A DNA stretch of 59,467 bases, counting the filler, from Jimgerdemannia flammicorona (Eukaryota): assembly GCA_003990765.1 (NCBI GenBank). It is 2 parts of 2 records of this genome, joined end to end, with 100 filler letters (N's around TTAATTAATTAA, not from the genome) between each part and the next. Parts side by side here need not be neighbours in the genome. Positions count along the whole stretch, not along the records: positions 29,793 to 59,467 come from RBNJ01000477.1; 1 more part is not named here. The stretch is one strand, 5' to 3'. A program made the translations under genes and the position numbers. Positions 51,577-59,467 of this stretch are shown piece after piece (the first letter of the stretch is position 1; each line of letters opens with the position of its first letter). Under the pieces are notes generated by a model. The model was not told where the DNA came from and ran no database searches. It was given only the letters and a program-made list of their open reading frames with translations.

Positions 51577-52711
51577 ATTCTTGGTCACACATTTTTGTCG
51601 CAAAACATATCTCCGATCTGTAACACAAAAATAAACTACTTGAACGAGCTTGGGTTGTACAGAAAGGAGATCTCGGATATATTCACTCAAAATCCGAAAC
51701 GAGGATCATCAATATAGCGATGGTGGACAACACCATGTCGCCGTTGGATATCGTTTCGCTGATCCACACCAACAATTACATAATTCGCGGCCGTGCATTT
51801 TATTTAGCAGTCGCCTCGACCATCATGTATTTCCAATGTCGTGCTTGAGACTGCTGTATAGTTTCTTTACCGATGCATCCACTTGCGAAAAGGATATATA
51901 TTGTGGTTTGTCGTAAAACCGAGGGTGTACGATGACCGATCAAGTACACCTCGATCGACCAGAAACGTACGGATTTGGAGCTCGGCAAATAAGGGACTTT
52001 CGGGGCACGTGTACAGGTTTGAACCAGGATTTCTATTTTTAAAAGCTAAAAAAAAAAAAAAAACCAGAATATGTGTTCGGATGTTGATGCAGGTACAAAC
52101 AATTGAATGGGAACTTTCACGCCAGGCATTCATTTAATGGACGGTCGATAACCTAACCGTTGTGTAGGTCATGCTTCTATTCCCTGTGAATGCTAAATTC
52201 AGTGGTTCACCTTTGACAGACAGCTGATATGTGCGGCAATTGGCGAGTATGACGTGATGCTATTTCCACGATCATTAATTTTTTATTTTATTTTATTTTA
52301 TTTTATTTTATTTTTGGATAACGCTATAAATATTCTCATTGGAAATACAACAGACAACGTAGTGCTCTACGAATGTAAGGTTAAAGCACAAAGAATAAAA
52401 TCAAAAATGGATGGGTCAATGTCTAAAGTGGGAGAAAAAGAGGCGATGTTTGGATACTTTGGTGGGAGGGGTTGCATGAAATGTGCCTTGCCAAAAATTA
52501 GATGGAAGCTTAGCACGGACAAAGCCGGGGTGAGACGATCCACTCTGGCATGGAGGAGTTACTATTACCTGTTGCCGATACTTGATCCGTGCTATCATGG
52601 CCTAAAGCTTGATGGGGGGCAATGCCAGCATGACTTTCAATTTTTCATGTGTGGCAAATTCTCAGACGCATTTTTGTGTCTGGGTGGTCAATATTAGACA
52701 GGAGTTGGGGG

Positions 52712-52823
52712 TTTATTTTATTTTATTTTATTTTATTTTATTTTATTTTATTATTTTATTTTTATTTTATTTTATTTTATTTTATTATTTTTATTTTATT
52801 TTATTTTATTTTATTTTATTTTA
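52712..52823. repeat. (TTTTA)n microsatellite; shorter copy at ~52280-52315
   Basis: Direct inspection. Confidence 0.95.
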
Positions 52824-53729
52824 GGAAAAATAATTGATTTCACGAATTACTTTGTATACCTACCAGAGAGATATTCGTTTGTGGGCGTGGTGTTACCCCT
52901 GGTATACTGTTATCAGATTGTACTATACTGCGAATTCCTCTGGTTTCGAATATTTCAAAAGCGCGACGTAAAAAGAAAATGATTAAAATAAAATTCTCCC
53001 CAAGACAGTTAACCAGTGACAACAGCCTTCGTCCCATAAACAGCGATGCTGACACAAAATCGCATATTAACATTCTCGATAAATGCTGTAAGAGCACGTG
53101 CCTCAAAATGGACGCGTCGAAATCCAGGCTTCGTGAAACGATAATCTAGAACCGCAAGGAGGCTCTGAAACGGTTCTACGCAGGATTGAAACTGTCAGAA
53201 ATACTTCTCGGGCGGGCCGGCGAGCGTACAAACGGATCCCCATATAATTAGAATAGTATTGTTAGTATGGAAATCATGTATAAATACTGGAATCTTGCGC
53301 TTGAATCAAGGACAGTCTAGTTTGGCAGTCGGAAATCTGATTCGGGCAGACCTGGCCTCGGTGCAGAGCTGTAGTCAACTTATGTAATAATGAGGCAGTG
53401 AAGCGAGTTCAGGTAGATTAATATTAGATGAAAATTTTCCGAGATGAAAAAAAAAAAAAAAACGCGCACTAGTCTTTCTGCTTGCCGCACGGGAGGGGAC
53501 CGCAATAGTCGTCTGATTGATAGGCTTGATTTTGAGACGTCATCAAACGGTCTGATTTGGCCGGAGAAACAGCGGAGAAACACTTGGCCAATAAGCGTCT
53601 GCTGATGCAAAAAATTCAGCATGCACAATCCCACTCAAAACCTTTTGCTATATAAACCCTCATTGACCCAGCTCACTGACTCTCTTTGAGATGTACAATG
53701 ATCAATGGAAATAGAGTATCATTATACCA

Positions 53730-56700
53730 GATCTTTTCTCCAGTAATATTTAGGTTATACAACCTTTTGACAATACTCAAAATACAGTTTTTGGAGAGAA
53801 GATACTAGTAACATGGTGAGCAATGAGCATTCTGAGGTGTGTACTGGGCAGGGGGGCTCAAGTATATTTGACTGGCAACATATTGAGAGAGGCTCTGATT
53901 TGGGGGAAAGCATGAGAGACTTACTGATAGGAGGATGTAAAAAGAGAGAGAGTAGTGTTGGAGGATAAGAGTTCAGGAGAGTGAGCTTCATGAATAAGGT
54001 GAAAGGAAGTCAGCTAGCAACTGGCCTAGAGGGATGGCTGAGGAGATGGCAAAGAATGCAGAGCAGTAGATACAGAGGAGAGTCTTTCTAGGGGATCAGA
54101 GTAGTGGGGCTGGCAGTGTAGCAGCTGAGGAAGTAACTGCTGATGAGAGTATAATGGGCAATCTAGAAAAAAATCTAGATAGAACTGCTGATAGTGAACT
54201 GAGTTATGGGAAGGGCATAATGTCCAGTGATCTGGCTGATAGTATAACAGGCCTGGTAGTGGCCACTCAAGAAGTCAATCTTGGAGTTCATAGTTATCTT
54301 ATATTTCTGGGGCTTAGCAGTGATAGCAAAAATAATCCTAGGGCTGATTATAAAGCAGATGGGTGATATAGTATCTGTTAAGTTCCTGAGGAGTCTGGAA
54401 GAGATGGAGGTGGGCTTTGAAAAGGCTAGGCTATTGGAGGATATACTGAAGACTGAATTGATGTTTGGGAAGGTATGTGTCCCAATAGTGTACTGCTTAA
54501 GATAGAATCCCAGGGTGGTACAGCTTCTGGTAAAAGAGATTCCTATAGTAATTACTATAGAGATGAGGAGAAGAGTTAAGGAAGTCATGGCTGAGTAAGA
54601 GAGGTGATCAATATAGGGTTCAGAGTCTGGAAAGGGACCTCCTTCTGGACAGAGGATATTGATGTCCAGATTTGGTTGATAGGAAGAGAGACTACTAGAA
54701 AGACTCATGATTGGTCTTCAGTAATAGTGTGGAGAGTCTTTATGTACAAGATGACAAGAGTGAAGAGGAGTAAGGAGGAGGAGAAGGACCTGTTAGAGGT
54801 GCTAGAGGAGCTGAGTAGTACTATGGAGTAGAGGGTAAAGACTTGGAAGATATATATAGAGTTGATGCACTTGGAGATTATTGATGGAAAGTACATCCAC
54901 ATTGATAAGGGGCTGTGGGAGAAATTCCAAAAATGTAAGAGGTAGAGGAAGTTACTGATAAAACTAGAGGGAGAGGTGAATGACTACTAATAGTAGTGAG
55001 GATACTGAAGGAGCCAAAGTAAGTGTCTGAACTAGCAGAAGTAGAGAATATAGAGGTGGATCCAGAGGAGGCCAGGAAGGCACTGAGTAAGGACCTGTAT
55101 GAGAATGGTATATTTGAAGTCTGGGAGGATACTCCTTCTCTTCTTATTAGGTAGAGACCAGTTGTAAGAGACCAGGTGGTAGAGGATGTACTAATGTATA
55201 GTACTCAGCAAGTGTACTTTAGAGTTTCTGAGGTAGCAAAGAGGAGATAAGTAGTGGTGGTTGATAAGAATGAACTGGTAGATGTTTCAGAGGAGAAGTG
55301 GGATAAGGCTGTAAGTGCAGGGGCTGATACCTCAATACTGGATAAAGGAAGACCAGCAACTTCAGAGAGAAAGGAGATGGAGAACCTAATGGATGTGTCA
55401 GATGATGAATAACTTTATGGCTGAAGAGTTGGGAGAAGTGGATTTGAGAGTGATGAGTAATGAGTATTGAATACAGATTCTGTATAGTGATAGAGTGGTA
55501 GAGGTACTAAAGGCAGAGGTACTTGTAGTTTTCCTAAAGAAAGAAGAGTATGAGATTGATAAGGAGAGGGAGACTGAGCTGGCAGTTACTGCTGGTGAGC
55601 AGGCCACCTTCTGTTGGGCAGAGCATCATAGATTACAGCTCTGGCAGGAGGTCTGTCTGGAGTATTGTGAGAATTTTGAGGAAAAGGAGGATGGGGAACT
55701 AACTGAGCTTCTGGTTAGATTAGAGATAAGGAGAGTTGAAGAAGAAGTAGTAGATGGGGAATACAACTTAGACTTGGCACAGGAAAGAATATATGTGAAG
55801 TTGTAGAGAGTGGACATAACTCTTAATATTATTTCTTATAAATAGTATAACAAATATGTTTTCTTTGAATATGAATGGACTGTAGAGTTCAGTTAGGCAT
55901 AAAAACATTTTTACTTAGTTGAAGAGCTTGGAGGTGGATCTCTTTCTTCTATAGAATATTAGATATGAAGATGATATAGATAGACTGAAATAGATGATGA
56001 AATGGGAAGATGTGGTAGTTTGGAAGAATAAGGTTGGGATCTTGGTACAGAGAGGCAGAGGGGAGATATGAGATATAAGAAGCTGGGGAGACAGGCTGGT
56101 CTGGGGAGAGTGGATTTGACCAGGTTGGGAGCCAGTTATAGTAGAGTTCTACTACTGTCCTACTATATCCAGTGAGCAAGTAGATTGGGTGAAGAGACTC
56201 CAGGAGAGTGGGGCCCTTATAGAGACAGGAGTGGATATTCTTGGAGGGAACTTTAATATGGTCTAGGATGTGCAGGTAGATAGGACTGATAGAGAGAGGG
56301 GAGCTGAGGGTAGGAGCAGGGGTCTGGGATTGTAGGAGAAAGTAGAGTGACTGAGCTCTCTGGTGGATACTAGTAGAGAGTTCTGGAGTGATAAAAGGGT
56401 CTACATATATTGGACAAATGGTCTGGGGACAAGGATTGACTGGATGTTGACAGCAGATCACTGGGGTTTGAATGTTTGAAAATCACTAAAGACTGAGTGG
56501 TGTCTATGGTCAGATTACTAGGAGCTATTAGGGTAGGATCACTTCAAGAAGAGTGGGAATAGGTCTGGATATTGGTGTCTCAATTTCTCTTTGTTGACTG
56601 AGAAGGAGTTGTGGGACAAGTGGGTGGAGAATATTTGGCAGAGAATGGAGGGTTGGATATAGGAGGGTACCCCAGTGAGTATCTGATGGGTAAGGTTGAA

Positions 56701-59467
56701 AGAGGCTACTAAGGTCTACTAGAGTGTAGCAGAAAAGGAGGCTGGAAGGCAGAGAAGAAGGAGGGTGATCTGGGCTTTAGCTAGATTGACTGGGCTCTTG
56801 GAAGATTGGACAGGGCTCTTGGCCCTGGAGGGGATGGAAGACTGAAGGGTGATGTGGGAAAAGCTGGAGGTTGCAGAGCTATAGCAAGTATTGAGAGAGA
56901 AGGAGGAGGTACAAGTGTGGAGTTTGGCTGCTTGACTGTGCTGATAGGGGCTGAAGAAGAGAGAGAAGCTCTCTAAGTTCTTTTCAGAGACCCTTTGGGC
57001 AAAGAGAGTGCAGCAGAGATGGGAGAGAGTTCTAGATTCTAATGGCTTACTAGTATATGGTTCTCAAAATATTCTAAACTTATTAAAAGAGAGGTAGAGT
57101 GATTTGTGGAGTGAGGAGGAGGGTGGAGCTGATGAGGCCACAATAGAACATACTTTGGAGGATTGGTACTCACTACAAGTAGATGGGCTGGACAGTTTGG
57201 TGGTGCCAGTTCAGGAGGAGGAAATTCACCCAGTTCTTATTATGACTATACTGGGCATGGTACCAGAAGAGGGTGGTCTGCCCTGGGACTTTTGGAAGAA
57301 GATGGTGAAAGTCCCTGGAGTACTGAGGGAGTTGATGGCACTTTGCAACTTGGTTCTGCAGTCAGGGAGGTAGGTGAGCAGGATCCGGAGCTAGTGGCAC
57401 TACTTTTCAAGAATAAGAGTGAGAGGAAGGACTGGAAGAACTGGTGGCCAATTATGCTGCTAGATATAGATAGGAAGTTGATTACTAAGATAGTGGTGGC
57501 AAGACTACAGAAGATAGCCCAGCAAGTCTTAGGAGAGGAGCAGTGAGGTTTTATAAAGAGCTGGCTAATTAGAGATGGTATAGCCTGGGTGTATGGTATT
57601 ATTGAAGGGGTTCAAGCTTGTGGGCTAGATGGGAGATTGGTCTTCTTAGATCAGAAGAAGACTTATGACCATGTTTAGTGGATCTGGCTAGTAAAGATAC
57701 TGGACAGGATTAGTGTCTCTCAGTAGTTTCAAGAGACAATGATCAGTCTGCTGGAAGAGAGTAGAGCAGCACTCATATGTAATAGATATAGAGGGGTGGT
57801 ATTCTCTCTGGGTAGGGGTGTTTCCCAGGGAGATCCACTGTTACCTATTTTGTATACTCTGTCCTTAGAGCTATTGATGGATAGGATCTGGCAGAAGATA
57901 GTGGGCTCTCAGTATTTAGTATAATGTGGAAAGTTAGAGCCTTTGTAGATGATATAGTAATTGGTCTGAGATTAATTACAGATATCAAGGAGCTCCAGGG
58001 AATGGTGGAGTAGTATGAGACACATTCAGGGGTAAAACTTAACTGGCACAAGTGTGAAACAATGGTGTTGAATAATAGTCTAGTGAGAGAGAATGTTATT
58101 AGAACAATTGTCTCTGCTGGAGAGGCTATGAGGTACTTGGGAGTCTATCTTTCAGTATATGGGTCAGTTCTATCAAAACCTTAGTGGGAGCAGAAGGTGG
58201 CTATCTGGAGAGAGGCTCTGCAGAGTTGGGGAGGCTGCCACATTTCTTTGATAGGATATATTACAATTTTAACATCTACTGGCTGCCAAAGATGTAGTAT
58301 CTGACATATTATCTGGACTTTTCAGTCTGAGTAGTAAAGAGGCTTTTGAAGTTGGCTAGAGATTGGATCTGGGTTGGGAGGAGTTAGATTAGCTGGGAAA
58401 TCTTGTTATTACTAGTGGCTAGAGGAGGACTGAGACTGGTTGATTTCCCAAAGAGACTGTATTGTTTGAGAGTATAGTGGCTGAAGAGGGCAGTAGAACT
58501 GAGGGGTGGTAGCTGGGTACTATTGATGAAGAAGGTCTGGGAGATGAGGTGCTTGCCAAGAGGCTCTACCAGAGATTTACTGTCCTTGGTTGGGCTTCAA
58601 AATCATGAGTATATGCAGTATAAGGGCTTCTAGTGAGAAGTAGTAGATGGAGCTCACTATATTGAAATTTACTGGCAGAAAGATAAAGGAGAGATACCTT
58701 AGGGTCCAGAAATGTAGAGATGAGATAGAGTATTGTTGGGGGGCACCTTCCTTCTAGATTTTGATATTGGTGATAGGGTTGAGTATCAGAGAGAGTTGGG
58801 CCAGAATGCTTGGTCTGATGGTTGGCAGATAACAGGTATTGGAGAGGAGTGGGACTGGAATGGAGTCTGGGCCTAGAGTGCAGAGGTAAGGAGATGGTTA
58901 CCACCTAAGTACTGGATGGTCTGGTAGCATATACTGTAGAGGAATATTATGCTCAATTTTGCTCAAGCCATCTTGTAGAGGGGGAGAGTTTTGATTATGA
59001 GGAATGTTATAATGTAGGGCAGGAAGAGGGATTTGTACATATGCCAGAACATTGGCTGGGAGAGTACAAGATACTTGGTGACTTTTGGTTAGTAGTTGGG
59101 TATCAATTGGATATTTTATGTAGGGGGGATGCTGAGAGGGGTTGATGGGAGGATCTTAAGGATAGATTGGTAGGGGGGGGGGTGAGAAGGAGTGGCTCAC
59201 TTTGGGTTAGGTACTAGCTGTATAGGTGGGGCTGGCAGGTCACTGATTGTTTGTTTTTGAGGAAGAGAAATATTTGGGTTTGAGGGAGTGGCTGTTGAGG
59301 TGGAAAGGGTTGATGGTGGATGTTTTGATGGGCTGGTGGCTGGGATGGGGTCTGCAGGGTGGTCAGCAGTACAGATTGGTGGAGAGAATTTGTGAGCAGA
59401 GTGAGGGGAGAGTTGGAGTAGTGGGTGATAAGGTGGTATTCAAGTATGAAGGTGTGGGGGGGAGCGC
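53730..59467 (+). mobile_element. Near full-length decayed L1/Tx1-like LINE copy H, running off the window end
   Basis: 5' signature ccagtaatatttaggttatac at ~53740; ORF1 ~53813-55810; ORF2 from ~55840 with APE, RT (GVSQGDPLLP, AFVDD at ~57945) and C-terminal Cys/His motif (~59000). Confidence 0.92.

Overview
Eukaryotic, almost certainly fungal, repeat-rich DNA. The acid-phosphatase sequence style and short GT-AG introns suggest Mucoromycota; this is inference. About 80% of the window is nested, decayed retrotransposons that have almost no CpG left. They comprise at least eight copies of an L1/Tx1-type LINE (ORF1 + APE-RT ORF2, poly-A tails, two with TSDs), older AT-rich L1 relics, two Ty3/gypsy elements (one with a dUTPase between protease and RT) and a 603-bp hAT-type MITE with an 8-bp TSD. 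CpG-rich host islands (about 14.3-15.9 kb and 46.9-53.7 kb) hold spliced pseudogene-like genes and a short bacterial GreA-like fragment. The most striking structure is a ~9-kb head-to-head palindrome (37.9-46.9 kb) of an endonuclease-less Penelope-like retroelement. Each arm has a pseudo-LTR and an ORF1 linked to the RT by a candidate -1 ribosomal frameshift cassette (A_AAA_AAC, stop, stem-loop) conserved in both arms. A ~200-nt structured 3'UTR bounded by an inverted repeat forms the exact centre of the palindrome. There is one 100-bp scaffold gap at 29693-29792.
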